A DNA stretch of 59,501 nt, counting the filler, from Porpidia crustulata (lineage: Eukaryota): the NCBI GenBank assembly GCA_964255105.1. It is 5 parts of 5 records of this genome, joined end to end, with 100 filler letters (N's around TTAATTAATTAA, not from the genome) between each part and the next. Parts side by side here need not be neighbours in the genome. Positions count along the whole stretch, not along the records: positions 47,699 to 59,501 come from CAXUWE010000597.1; 4 more parts are not named here. One strand, given 5' to 3'. Below are positions 47,699 through 59,501 of this stretch, piece after piece. Each line of letters starts with the position of its first letter. The stretch's first letter is position 1. Under the pieces are notes generated by a model. The model had not been told where the DNA came from, did no database searches, and saw only the letters and a program-made list of their open reading frames with translations. A program made the translations under genes and the position numbers.

Positions 47699-49296
47699 TC
47701 CCACACCCGCACCCGCCGGTGATATCCCCCGTACCCGCCGTACCCGCCAAAGCCGCTACCGCCCGCGTAGCACATCCATAGCTCAGGCTTCTTGCTCTGC
47801 TCGTTACGGGCGAGGGCGCAGTAGTCGTTCACGTGATCGTGGCCGCACGAGACGGCGAGGACGCCTTCTTGCACCAGGGCGGCGGCGAAGCCGGAGTTGA
47901 AGCCGGGGGCAGTGGGGGCTTCGGTGTAGGTGCCTGTTGTCTCGGAGATGGTGTCGATGTTGCGGTATTCGGGGAGGGGGATGTGGATGAAAGCGAGATC
48001 CATGCGGGTATGGGTGTACTGTTGGTGGGACGGGGAGTGCCAGAGGCGCTGGGCAGTGGTGTGGAACCAGTCGATTTGGCTTTTCTTGAGCCAGTCGTAG
48101 CCGCGGAACTGGCGCTCATCGGGGGAGTAGCCGTGCGTATCGAGGAGATAGAGCGTCATGGCGGAGTGGGAGGAGGTGCTGCGCGCGAGTACTTCGAGGT
48201 GGTAGTTGCCAACGCCTTCAATCTCGGAAGGTCCGGGCTGGGAGAGAGAGTAGGGAAGGGATTGGACAAGCTGCATGAGGGCTGGCCGGGAGAGGGACCC
48301 CTCGTCATCGTGATTACCGAAGATCAGAGCGTAGGGGATCGAGCGGCGGATGAAGAGCTCGGCAAATTTGAAAACAGCGGATTGGGCGTCGGGCGCAGTT
48401 TCGCCGTTCACTTGGTCGCCGGAGAGGACTACGAGGTCGGGTTTCTCGCTGTCGAGGACGAGGCCGATGAAGTCAAGGGTACGAGGATCAGCGTCGCATT
48501 TGCCGCCGTTGTGGTTAGCAGGCTCTGGTTCACGACAAATACCAAGACCAGTGGAAAGGTGTAGGTCAGAGACTTGAAGAATTTTGAACTTTCCATCTTT
48601 ATTGACGCGGAGGACAGGGGCTTCGGTGGGTGGAGGATTTCCACGGCGGATGCTGAGACGGGCTTCCTGTTTGTTGTTCGGACCCTGGGGGAGGAGAGCT
48701 TGATCACGGATCTCCCAGCCTGGGCGAGGTTCTACGGCATCGGCGCCGAAGAGAACATCCACTGCTGTGATTGCCTTTTGGGAATCGGAAGCATGCCGTT
48801 TGGCCGAGCGCTTGAGCCAGATGCCTCCAGGGCGAGATTCCCAACGCTCGGCACCTTGGTCCTTTTCCGCAGTGACTGGGTCGAGACGACCAACACGGAC
48901 GTCAATTATGACTCGGTCAGTTTCTCTCAGCTCGGCCTCTTGTTTCCTTTCAATGTGTACGTAGGCGTGATTCAACAACCGACTGGAGAGGTAAAGATCT
49001 TTCTCTATGCGGTGCCATTTCTTTGTATCTAGAGTGCAGCTTGAAAGAAAATTGAGGCTTGAGCAGGTTGCTAAGGTTATGTCGGTAATAACAAGCCCAG
49101 GGTGATGAGCAGGAAGGGCGTTGTGTATCGCGTCCGGAAGGACTCGGAAGCGGTTGTCAAGTAGGAAGACAAGGAGGAGGATGATAAAGGTCAGGGCTCC
49201 AAGCTGGATACTGGTGCGTACCTAGTTAAGACACGGCTCAATGATCAGAGTGTTTCAATGTCGTTGGGAACATGCACCTACAATCCTGCGAGTCAT
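47699..49296 (-). CDS. DCR2: Calcineurin-like metallophosphoesterase, Dcr2-like; exons 49296-49282 (15 nt) and 49221-47699 (3' end cut by contig edge)
   Basis: MTRRI|VRTSIQLG plus a signal anchor, then the metallophosphoesterase motifs SDLH, SGDQ, FGNHD, FIHIP, CGHDHVND and GGSGFGGYG. Confidence 0.85.
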
Positions 49297-50409
49297 GATA
49301 TGTCAAAATTGAAAGGCTCGCTTCGACTCATCCAAGATGGTCTTCCGACCACTGTCTGCATGGGTGAAAACGTCGACGACAATTGCAAATGTGGTGGAAG
49401 CAGAAGCATCATCCTACTACATAATGGAGCAAGAAGTAGGCAGCTTGACAATTATGTTCCTTTTGTTATTGGGTTCCTGCTAGAGCTAAGAATACAGGAT
49501 TGGATGACAAGGTTACGCTTTTGGGCTCCAATCAGCCGGCTATTGCGTTTATGGCGGCTAATGTGATATAAACCTGAGTTATCAGGTACCAATTCCAAAT
49601 CTGAAAGTAGTTGTATGTGATCTTGCAAGAACAAAAGCTATGGCTTTCTCCAGGATACATGACCATATCGAAGGAGACACGCATCGTTAAGCAAACACGA
49701 TGTATGCGTGGATTTTTTTTACGAGCCACCGATACCATAGTGCCACGATGATCCCTATTCTTTTTGCACGACTATAGGAAACGAGACTGTACCCGACTCG
49801 GTGTCGTTATTGCGTATGGAAAGATCTATAGACTCCACAGACAACAACATCTACCTATCTTCTATAATGCAAGTGGGTATTCGACCATCTCTCAGTCGTT
49901 ATTTTCACTCACTTTCCACACGATAGATTCTTCGTTAATTACGGTGGAGGCGTACGTACGGTCGTCCCTTCCGCTCCATCGAAGGGAATGGCTAGAAGCA
50001 GTCTTCATATGTATTCACTGTGATTTTCATTGATGGATATGGCAATTTTTCCAATAAAGTGTATTCAATTGCTCCCAAATCTCCTACAGCTATCTTAGGC
50101 TGCAAACCGTTATGTAGAAACCCGTGTTAAAGCCGCCTAGATGTTGATCAGAAAACATACAGGATTGATATGGTAAGAATTTGCGTTAGAACTTGGTCAA
50201 GTTCCTCAGCCTTTATTGACTCCTAGTTGCTATCATACCTCGCAAAATCGTGGCCCCTTTACATGCTGAAAGCTCAGGCTTCCCTTTCGCGTGGCCTTTC
50301 CTTTTTCTTTTCAACTTTTTTCCCCAACAAATCTCTTACGTAGGTATTCCAACGCTTACTACAATACTCGAGCCATAATTCCGTTGTCAGTCTCTCCATT
50401 ACCCGTAGC

Positions 50410-50763
50410 TCTACGAAACGGAAGAGGGAGAGGAAGCGCAATCCGGGACAGAGGAGACAAAGCTAGTTGCTATAACTTGTTCCAAGATCGCTGCCATTAT
50501 AACTCTGACAATTGCAATCATCCGCACGATCTATCTTCCCGTCCTAAAACCTCATCAAGTCAGCTACATGATAGAGCCGAGCCACGGCTGAGGATCTAGC
50601 TGTGAAGAGAGATAACGCTGTCTTGAAAAGAATACCGAAGGCACCGCCGCAGGATAACGACCTTCGTACTATTTGATCACTGTGGACCCAAGCTATAGTC
50701 ATTCTGAACCACGGCGACAGAGACTGTAAGCAGATGCGACCCAAAGACCTTGGCCAAAATTGA
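50410..50763 (+). pseudogene. Decayed 5' fragment of a CCCH-zinc-finger gene, resembling the N-terminus of fungal NFX1-type zinc finger (ZNFX1-like) helicases
   Basis: RNGRGRG followed by C-x7-C-x6-C-x3-H (50468-50527). After a frameshift near 50575 it reads ATAEDLAVKRDNAVLKRIPKAPPQDNDLRTI*SLWTQAIVILNHGDRDCKQMRPKDL, with TGA at 50674. No ATG and no continuation were found. The family assignment is from memory. Confidence 0.5.
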
Positions 50764-50837
50764 TCGAATAATGCCAACCGGCCTCATCACCGGCAATATT
50801 TAGAATAAGAACTATATACCAACCCGCTTAGTTTCCA

Positions 50838-52074
50838 TCACCGCCTAATTATACGGCTGCGGAACGCCCTCTTCGACGCCGCCCCAAACTTTCCCGCCAC
50901 GCACGCCGTCATCAAAGGCACATCCGTCCAATTACTCCCCATCCTCGTCGGCGTCAACGCCAACGGATACGTCGCATCGAAACTCCCTGCTGCCCACGCC
51001 GTCCACCCCAGAAAAACATCTGGATTCGTATCCATGAACCCAAACGCACCGCACAGATTCATCAGACACGATCCATCCGAGCTCCCGCCGCCGGTCTCGG
51101 ACAGCAGGGCTTGGCGGTTGGCTGAGCGCAGGTATGTGGCCAAGGGCCTGAAGGCGCTGTCAACGGCGTTGGTGACGCAGGTGGGGTGGGTGCCGCTGTA
51201 GTCGGAGTCGAGGTATTGGTGGACGTCGTAGATGAGGTTAGTGGTGGAGTTGTCAGGGTTGGTGATGGTGGCGAGGAATGGGGCGGATTGGGTTGCGAAG
51301 GCGCCCGCGGAGGTGTAGTCGGTGCCTGGGAGGAGGATGATTTGGGTGATGGCGCCGGCGTTACGGATGGCGGTGACTGCGGATTGGAGGGTGATGGCCC
51401 ATGTAGTCATGTCGACTGTTGGGGGAAATTAGTTGAGGTTGGGAGGGTGAAAGGNNNNNNNNNNTTGGGCGACATGCGTGCCGGGGGGGCGCGGCAACGC
51501 TCGCTATTAATTTACGATCGTGGGGTTCGTTCATGAGGCCCATGACGACTTTATTGTTGCCGGCGTATTTCCCGGCGAGCTGGCTCCAGAGACTCGCAAA
51601 TTGCTCGTTCGAGGGTCCGCCTTGACCGATGATCTGTCCGTTCCAGCGGGCGTAATTATGGATGTCGATAATGCAGTGGGCGCCGGTCGACAGGCATGCT
51701 TGCACCAGCGCGTCGTATTTGCCGCTGTTTGTTGGGTCGAGAGGACCTGCTTGGTTGTCGTTGACGAGGTATTGCCATCCGACTGGTAGCCTGTACATGT
51801 TCAACCTGTCGTCGTTGGAGAAGTGGCTCATCTGGCCGGCTCCGTCGACTTGCTGGTTGCTGTATTGGAGAAGTGGTGGGTAGGCGGAGGAGACGGTGCA
51901 AGTGCCCTAGACCGTGGATCAATGAAGGGTTTAGTTGTAAGTATGGTGATGAAATACATCGGTGCCACAACCAAAATCGAATCCTGCAATATTGACTCCA
52001 GCGAATTGAAGCCCAGCGAGGGCCCTGCCGAAGCACAATACGATGCTTGCTGTTGCAAGTAATTTTAAGAACAT
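50838..52074 (-). CDS. Secreted GH5 (subfamily 5-like) endo-beta-1,4-glucanase without CBM1; exons 52074-51958, 51906-51516, 51415-50838
   Basis: Signal peptide MFLKLLATASIVLCFGRALA, AGVNIAGFDFGC, RLPVGWQYL, IDIHNYARW, acid/base MNEPHD, DVHQYLDSD, nucleophile SETGGG and WAAGSF. A 10-N gap (51455-51464) lies inside intron 2. Confidence 0.93.
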
Positions 52075-53591
52075 GATTAGTCAAGTAAAATTATAAATGA
52101 GAAGTATGGACGTCAATCAGAACAATCAACAGTAGGAAGTAGGAAATAAAAAGTCAACTATTCATGACTCTTGCCATAATCACGGACGGCGAGTAGCAAA
52201 CATGTTAGAGCAATGGAATGTATGATCCACATTCAATACGTAGACGCATGAGCAGGCCCATCTCAAAGAAAGGAGCTTGAGCACACATTAAAAGACTAAG
52301 GGAGACGGCATCCGGCTCACCTGCATTAGCAGGGCCCGTCTGACAGTTCTTCGTGACACAAGAGCCTGATGAACCATCATTATCGTGCAGAGAGCATCTC
52401 GTCCCGGCCGACGATCAACCGGGCATTTGGCAAATGTATAAAACCCTTTCTAGATCGTGTCGCTGATGCCTCGTTCTAGTTTGAGGTCAGAGATCGATTG
52501 TGGGGACGGAGCAGAATAGTCCATGTTATCGAGGTCAGGTTCGGGAGATGGCTGACACGTTGTGGGCGAGCGGGTACTGTAGGAGTAGTAGATGGTCAGG
52601 CAAGGATATATTCGGGGGCATTATACAGGTCAGATCGCACTGTTCTGGGGGTCCTTAGTTTAGATTTGAGAGAATTGATAAAGGAAATGCGTGCATATGG
52701 AGGCGTGCAGGTGTAGAGGTGTAGCCAAGCAGAAACCGTCGACCACTGCTGACGAAGAGATATACTTACCTTATTTGATTCCGATTATCTCGAACCTTTA
52801 CCGTTTGCTATTAAACTTCTCCGAGATGCCACACAACATTTAAGTCACTTTTAAGTATCCATTGCCTATCGTCGACTATCGTATTCCTTCCTGCAGGTCA
52901 GTGGGGGGTACATGCAACTTGTGTAACCCTACCTCTCCTCTCTGCCCATCTCCTCCAATCCCACTCGCACCATCACTCATATGTTATTCCAGGCTACAAA
53001 TAGCTATCCCGAAAGGAAAGTCTGGCTCTATGCCCGTCTGCATCAATCTCAAAATTGAGTTTATTCAATCTCACAGCCCGCGTATAGTCGGCATCAGTCG
53101 ACAACCAGGAAACTCTGATGAAGATGATGGCATATGCAGGTGATAAACCGAGGTGACCACCCGTAATCTGGAAGATATAGGAGCGGCAATGATTGTTGGT
53201 TGCGGATGGCAGGATCTGTTGTGCGATTCCTCCGACTCACCCGTTCATTGCTATTTCAGTTATGTGGAATACTTCCCTCGAAACTCGTCAGTACAGTACT
53301 TCGATTGGCAGTCTGCAGAATAATTGCGAGCAAGCAAATATACTAGAATACTTGAGTATGCCTTCCGCGTTGCATTGAAAAGACTGGTGGTGAGATGGGT
53401 CGGAGACTCTGTCCTTGACTCTCCCATTTGTCTACTCGTCAACCCCTGGCTAACTTATTGTGGGTATCTTGCATCTGGAAAGGAAAGCAGGTAAGCAGGC
53501 CAAATTAATACGATTACAGCGTTCAGTCGAAAAGACTCGCAAACCCCAACGCCATGCTCGCTGATACTTAAGAATCGCATTACTTAATCAC

Positions 53592-55240
53592 TCAACGCCT
53601 CTCATGAACAACATCATCGTCTGCCTTGTCCAATCCTGATGACAGCGCACTCTTCGAATCGAGCATTGGTATTCTGTCGATGCTCTTGCTCCGGCCACGT
53701 GCATCGTGATCAAGTGCTTCCCCAACGCTCGGCGGTTGTGGTGTTGCAGCATCTACTCCCCCTTTCGGAGTCAGCACAGGGCTTGTTGTCATTTCCGGAC
53801 TGGTCTGCCACTTCGAGACGTCTTTCTTTAGCTGTTCGAGTTCGGTTTGAAATCTCTTCGAGTAGACGTCGATGTAAAACGTCGCGCCATTGTAGATACT
53901 CCAAACAAACACGGAAATCAAAAATATTGCACTGGCCCAACGGTACCAGAACCATATTGGACAAGGGATCATGGTGCCAAGGGCGTATGAATATTGTACG
54001 AGCATAAAGGCAGATTCATGCAGATTCTCCGGAAGCGATAGGACTAGTCGGCCAATCCAAGAATTGGCGTATGACTTTCTGAGCCACGTGAAGCTTGTCG
54101 GCCGGCCAGCAGCAATCTTTTCCCGTCGCCGGACTGTAATGAGGAAATGGTATGACAACTGCCACAGTGCATAAGGTACGGTCGCCCAGATCATCATGGC
54201 CCAAAGAGAGTAATGCTCTTTGCTGTCCGGAAGGCTATACCTGATGGCATAGATGGCTGGAAACCGTTCCTTTTGCCATTCTGCGGTAGAAAGGTGGACG
54301 AGGCAATGTAACGTGACCGGTGGCATGAGATGTATGAACAGACTTCATGGAGTTAGCCATGTCGAGAACTAGGAATAGGCAAATATGACCTAGTCATTTT
54401 ATCCAGAGAATGAAACACCATCGAGTTTCTCCACATGGCGATTGCTACTGCATTATTCCCATACGCTAAACAATAAGTGCTGATGAACAATCTTTTCGAG
54501 CGTGGAGCGACCCATATCGATAATAATAGGAGCGCATTGACGAAATAGCACAGGTCAGCCAAGAAGTAATGATAGCCTCGTTTGTGATACGTGTAAAATC
54601 GTATTGGCATAAAGTAGCAAAGCTGCACTGTAAACCAGTAATAGAAAAGTTCAGGATGTGCTCCAATCAAGTATCCGCTGATGAAGATGTTTAAAACTCC
54701 AGCAATGAAAGAAAGCTTCTCCCGGGCTGTTATAGCTTTGGTATCATGCCACCTAGTACCGAGACGATCAACAGACTGTTTCATACGCTTCCGGTACTTC
54801 TCAAGCTGTTCATCTGGTGGGGGTAGACGCCGCCGCCATTCTTCCACGACACGCTCTTTGGCATTTAGACCTGATGATTTTAATTTCTCACGCTGTCGAC
54901 GCATTTTATCTGTCTGTGCTGATAGCTTGGTCTGCCATCTTTCCAAGCGCTGGGGTAATGCGAGGTTATCTAGGATATCGAAAATTGTAAGGGTGTCCAA
55001 AGGAGGGAAGACCTCCCAGTCCTCTTGAAAAGAACTGGCGGTAGAGAACGAAGGGTTTCTCGAGAGTGAATCAGGACTTGGAGGTATGGATAACTTGTTT
55101 GGTGCCCCAACACCTAAAGTAGGCGAGCCGCTTTGATTGGACGAATTCGAGGAGGGAGTCCTCGCCATGGCTGCAGACAGTCTATCATTAGAGATATTGG
55201 ACTCTGATTCGGTTCTGGGCACTCCTGATGGATCAGACAT
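53592..55240 (-). CDS. GPC1: Glycerophosphocholine acyltransferase Gpc1 (DUF2838); exons 55240-54390 and 54342-53592
   Basis: YHYFLADLCYFVN, AIAMWRNSMVFHSLDKMT|SLFIHLMPP, GRPTSFTWL and YNGATFYIDV, with multiple TM segments. Confidence 0.88.
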
Positions 55241-55714
55241 GTTGCGAATGTGCTCCCGAAATACGACGAGCTCGTGATGTCTTGACTGAAAGGATTTGGA
55301 CCGTGTCCCGAATCGCTGAAGAGCGAGTACTACCATGATATTTTGTGAGTGATATTAAAGGCCCTGAAGGGAGCAAAATAATGCTGAATTTTACAAAGGC
55401 TGCTGAATACGAAGGAGAATGTGATAAACTTACTTTACCTGATTTAACTGACAATACCACGAATAGGCCTTGTGATACCCCACATATCAATCACGGTATG
55501 TCTGTGTATCAGCAGTACACTCAGGGATAGGAGAGATGAAGGAGGCAGTTTCTTGAGTGTTTGGAGGATCGTGTCTGAAATGCGAAAGTTGACTGGCTGC
55601 ATTTTGTCTGAAAGCTACAAATAAGGTTTGGTCACGCACGCCGGATTTACGCTATCGCCGTTTTATACCACTAACCTTATCTAGCCGATATCAAAGTCGC
55701 CCTGAGTGTATTTA

Positions 55715-55728
55715 TCGCGTTGACGCGA
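55715..55728. promoter_or_regulatory. Inverted pair of MCB-like elements (TCGCGT-TG-ACGCGA) upstream of SMC1
   Basis: Perfect 6-bp inverted repeat with a 2-nt spacer, about 190 nt before the SMC1 ATG. ACGCG cores are the MBF-type G1/S element, and cohesin genes are known MBF targets in yeasts. Confidence 0.45.
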
Positions 55729-55918
55729 CAGGGCACAGTCTCACAGTCTAGCATTCTGTTCCAAAACGCTGCCAATGTCCAGGTTTATGAGTGAGACATG
55801 AATCAATGACAAGTCTTACTATTTAAATTACCAGAGGATATACTTGTTAACAACACATACTTCATACTATCGTGAAGATAAACGCCCCTCCTACTTTACG
55901 TAGATCGATCCCGCCATT

Positions 55919-58900
55919 ATGGGCAAACTCATTCGCCTTGAGCTGTATAGTGAGTATTAAGGCTTGAATATTATCGCTACAATGTGCTGAATACCTTCAA
56001 GACTTCAAATCCTACAAAGGCCATCATGCATTATTACTTGGGGATTCGTACTTCACATCAGTCATTGGTCCCAATGGCTCAGGAAAGTCCAATTCGTACG
56101 GTAGCAGATAAATCAGGCGATAGAACTAGCTAATCACATATTACAGCATGGATGCGATTTCTTTCGTACTAGGCATCAAGTCCTCCCACCTACGCTCGGC
56201 ACATCTTCGTGACTTGGTCTTCCGTGGCCGCGTACTCAGGACATCTAAAATCAACGGAGATGGGTCTGTGACCGCAAATGGTGCAAACGGTCACGCAAAC
56301 GAAGCTGCGGGCTCCGGGGACGAAGGTACTCAGAATGGCACACAGGAGCGTAATGACCCGAAGAGCGCTTGGGTCATGGCAGTTTACGAAGACGATGCTG
56401 GGGATGAGCAGCTTTGGAAGCGAACAATTACCAACCAAGGCGTTAGCGAATATCGAATCAATGAACGTGTGGTAACTGCACAACAGTATAACGAGGCGCT
56501 AGAAGCAGAAAATATTCTGATCAAAGCGCGCAACTTTCTCGTTTTTCAGGGAGATGTAGAAGCAATCGCTTCTCAATCACCACGTGATCTAACACGTCTC
56601 ATAGAACAAATTTCTGGATCTCTCGAGTACAAAGCCGATTATGAGAGGCTAAAAGACGTCCAGGATGATGCATTGGAAAATCAAAATGTGAATCTCCACA
56701 AGCGGAGAGGCATCAATTCGGAAGTCAAGCAGTACCAAGAGCAGAAACAGGAGGCCGATAGTTACACAAAAAGGGCCGACGAGAGAGATCAGGCCATTGT
56801 CACCCACATTCTATGGAAATTGTATCACTTTCAGCGCGTCATCGAGGAGTCCGGCGCGGAGATCCAAAAGCACCAAGAAGAGTTAAAAGAGCAACGGCGA
56901 GGCATCGAGAAGTATGACAAAGCCTTGGAAGAAGCTAGAAAAGATCAGGCGAAAACTAGTAGAGAGGTCAACAAGGTGGAGCGAAATATGAAGATCAAGG
57001 AAAAGGAAATCGAAGCAAAGGAAAACGGCCTCGTCCCAATAGCTGAGAAGATTGGCATTACGAATAAAAACCTTAAGAAGTACAACTCTCGCATTGCAGA
57101 AATATCAAAGGAACGAGATAGCCACTCTTCGAGTATCAAGCAATCCACCAAAGATCTCAAAGTAGTGGAAAAGGCTCAAGCGCAATGGGAAGCTAGCTGG
57201 AAGAAGCTTGCGGAGCAGGAAGGTCGAGAGTTGAGCGAAGCAGATATTCAAGAGTACAATCGTCTGAAAGAGGACGTTAATAAGCGCACTTCCGCCAATC
57301 AGATCAACGCTGATAGCCTTACCCGCCAACAGAAAGCCGACGAAGAGACCGTCAACAGCTTGAAGAGTAAGGTAGATTCAGCCGAATGGCAAAGCCAGAA
57401 AGTAGAGAGCGAAATCGGCGAGATTGGTGAAAACAAGAATAGTGTCAACGATCAGATCAAACAAACCTCTAAAGATATAAATGCAAAGAAGAGAGCCTTC
57501 AACGAACAGACTTCTGAACGACTTCGTCTCGCTCAAATCAGAACCGAAAAGGATGAACAGCTTCAGCAAGTTCTTACCAAGCTCTTAGAAGCAGAGGATG
57601 GGAAAAAGCAGAATGAAAAAGAGCTTCGTCTTAAGGCTACTATTGCCGATTTGAAACGCATTTTCCCTGGGGTCAAGGGTCGAGTGAGTGAGCTTTGCAA
57701 GCCTATGGAAAAAAGGTATGGTGTAGCTGTTAGTACGGTGCTTGGTCGCAACTTTGATGCCGTCATTGTCGAGAATGAAAAGACTGCTATAGACTGTATC
57801 CAGTACTTGCGAGATCAACGGCGTGGTCAAGCTACGTTCATTCCACTTGATACTATTCAGTGGACAGCGATCAACTCGAATCTAAAAGGAATGCATAGGG
57901 GTTGCCGGTTGGCCATAGACGCTATCAACTATGACAAAAGCCTTGAACGCGCGATGTCTTATGTCTGTGGTAACACAATTGTATGCGACGATTTAGCCAT
58001 CGCCAAATACATATGCTGGGAGAAACGTAACGATGTAAAGGCCGTCACTCTGGATGGATCAATTATTCATAAAGGTGGAAACATGACGGGTGGTCAATTG
58101 GGCAAAGGGGATGCAAGGCGATGGGAGGATACTGAAGTGGAAAATCTTCGGAAACTCAAAGACAGACTGCTAGCGGAGCTGAATGCGCTTCCAGAAACAC
58201 GTCGTGGTGCATCCGAAGAAGAGGTTCTGCAAGGGGAATTGACAGGGCTTGAGCAGAAACTGGCTTATGCCAAGGACGAAGCGAAATCGCATGAGCGAAA
58301 CCTAGCCAGCAAGCAGAAGGAGCTTTCGCATGTGCGGCAGGAACTAACTGCAGCGAGACCAAAATATGAAGAAAAATCGCGCGAGCTGCAGCACCTACAG
58401 GACAACCTCAAGGACCTCAAGTATGCTATTAGCGAGATCGAGGACAATGTTTTTGCGGAATTCTGCGAACGTCTCCAATACGAGAACATTCGGAACTACG
58501 AAGCTCAGCAAGGAGCATTGCAGCAAGAGGCGGCTCAGAAGAAATTAGAATTCAGTACGCAAAAAAGCCGCCTTCAGAGCAGAATTGGCTACGAGCAACA
58601 GCAATTGCAAGAAACAGAGAATCGCATCAAGGTGCTGAGGGATCGTGCCCGCCAAGACGAGGATCTGGTCAAAGAGCTTGAAACTGAGCAGGAGTCAACG
58701 CAGAAAGAGCTCGACACCCTCAATACAGAGCTCGATCAATTGGCCGAGGAGTTAGAGCAACAGAAAGGCAAGTCCGAGAAGAAGGCAGATAAAGTTGCTG
58801 ACGCGCGGCGAGAAGTGCAGAAGAGAAGTAAGGGCGTCGATGGGACCCTGAAAGCAATATCTGGGTTAGAATCTGAGAGGCAGCTAAACGCTACCAATCG

Positions 58901-59501
58901 ATATACACTCTTACGACATTGCAAGCTGGAGGATATTAACATACCATTGGAAGATGAATCAAATGGGCTGGATCAACTTCCTATCGACGATGTCCTTCAA
59001 GGAGATTCTGATGCAATGGACATTGACGAGGATCAGGATGCAAGTTCCCTACGCCCGTCGGCTGTCCAGGATTACGGTATACAAATCGACTATGATGATC
59101 TTGACGAGGACCTACGGGAGGTAAGAGTGATTGTCCGATAGGCCCTCGCAGGGCAATTTCGTATACTTGCAGTACGCTGACATGAGTTACAGGGTAATGA
59201 CGACAAACTAGACGAGGAACTACAAAACCGTGTGAAAACGCTGAACGGCGAGCTTGAACACATGGCGCCCAACATGCGAGCCATCGAACGACTCGAAGGT
59301 GTGCAAGACCGCCTCAAAACGACGGACAAAGCATTCGAAGACGCCAGAAAGCGCGCCAAGAAAGCCAAAGACGACTTCCAAGAAGTTAAGGAAAAGCGCT
59401 TCGAGCTCTTCAGCAAAGCCTTCTCCCACATCTCCGAACAAATCGGCCCCATCTACCGTGACCTCACCCGAGACGCCAACCTCCCCATGGGCGGTCAAGC
59501 G
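55919..59501 (+). CDS. SMC1: Cohesin subunit SMC1, 3' end outside the window; exons 55919-55949, 56002-56095, 56147-59120, 59193-end
   Basis: MGKLIRLELY|NFKSYKG, Walker A GPNGSGKSN|SMDAISFVLG, NFLVFQGDVE, coiled coils, hinge (PGVKGRV, ATFIPLD, VTLDG..IHKGGNMTGG) and the C-terminal APNMRA...FELFSKAF. Confidence 0.97.

Noticed and set aside
47833..48564. 243-aa plus-strand ORF
   Set aside because: It is the antisense shadow of the high-GC3 DCR2 exon.

Overview
Filamentous ascomycete (Pezizomycotina) genomic DNA with short GT-AG introns. The window is not one locus. It is five ~11.8-kb contigs joined by identical 100-nt artificial spacers (44 N + TTAATTAATTAA + 44 N), apparently in order of decreasing length, so gene adjacency across spacers carries no biological meaning. 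Contig 1: SLX4 (partial), a two-CNB/F-box/LRR protein, CGI121 and a Zn2Cys6 transcription factor (partial). Contig 2: a UBL/HERP-Usa1-like membrane protein, PSD1 and an Argonaute. Contig 3: the 3' end of ABP140, a secreted amidase, GPI17/PIG-S and a conserved hypothetical protein. Contig 4: a GH92 mannosidase (partial), a GH32 invertase, ERV46, an HhH-like hypothetical protein and BUB2. Contig 5: a DCR2-like phosphoesterase (partial), a GH5 endoglucanase, GPC1 and SMC1 (partial). The most notable items are: (1) the Argonaute is broken only inside PAZ (frameshift plus TGA), while an ATG-initiated L2-MID-PIWI frame with an intact DEDD tetrad survives; (2) a cyclic-nucleotide-binding F-box/LRR protein with PKG-type RTA cassettes; (3) a decayed CCCH/ZNFX1-like gene relic that the ORF track does not reveal as such; (4) an HhH-like protein resembling an uncharacterised bacterial family. 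No tRNA, rRNA, CRISPR array or intact mobile element was recognised. All family assignments come from manual translation and motif recall, not database searches.
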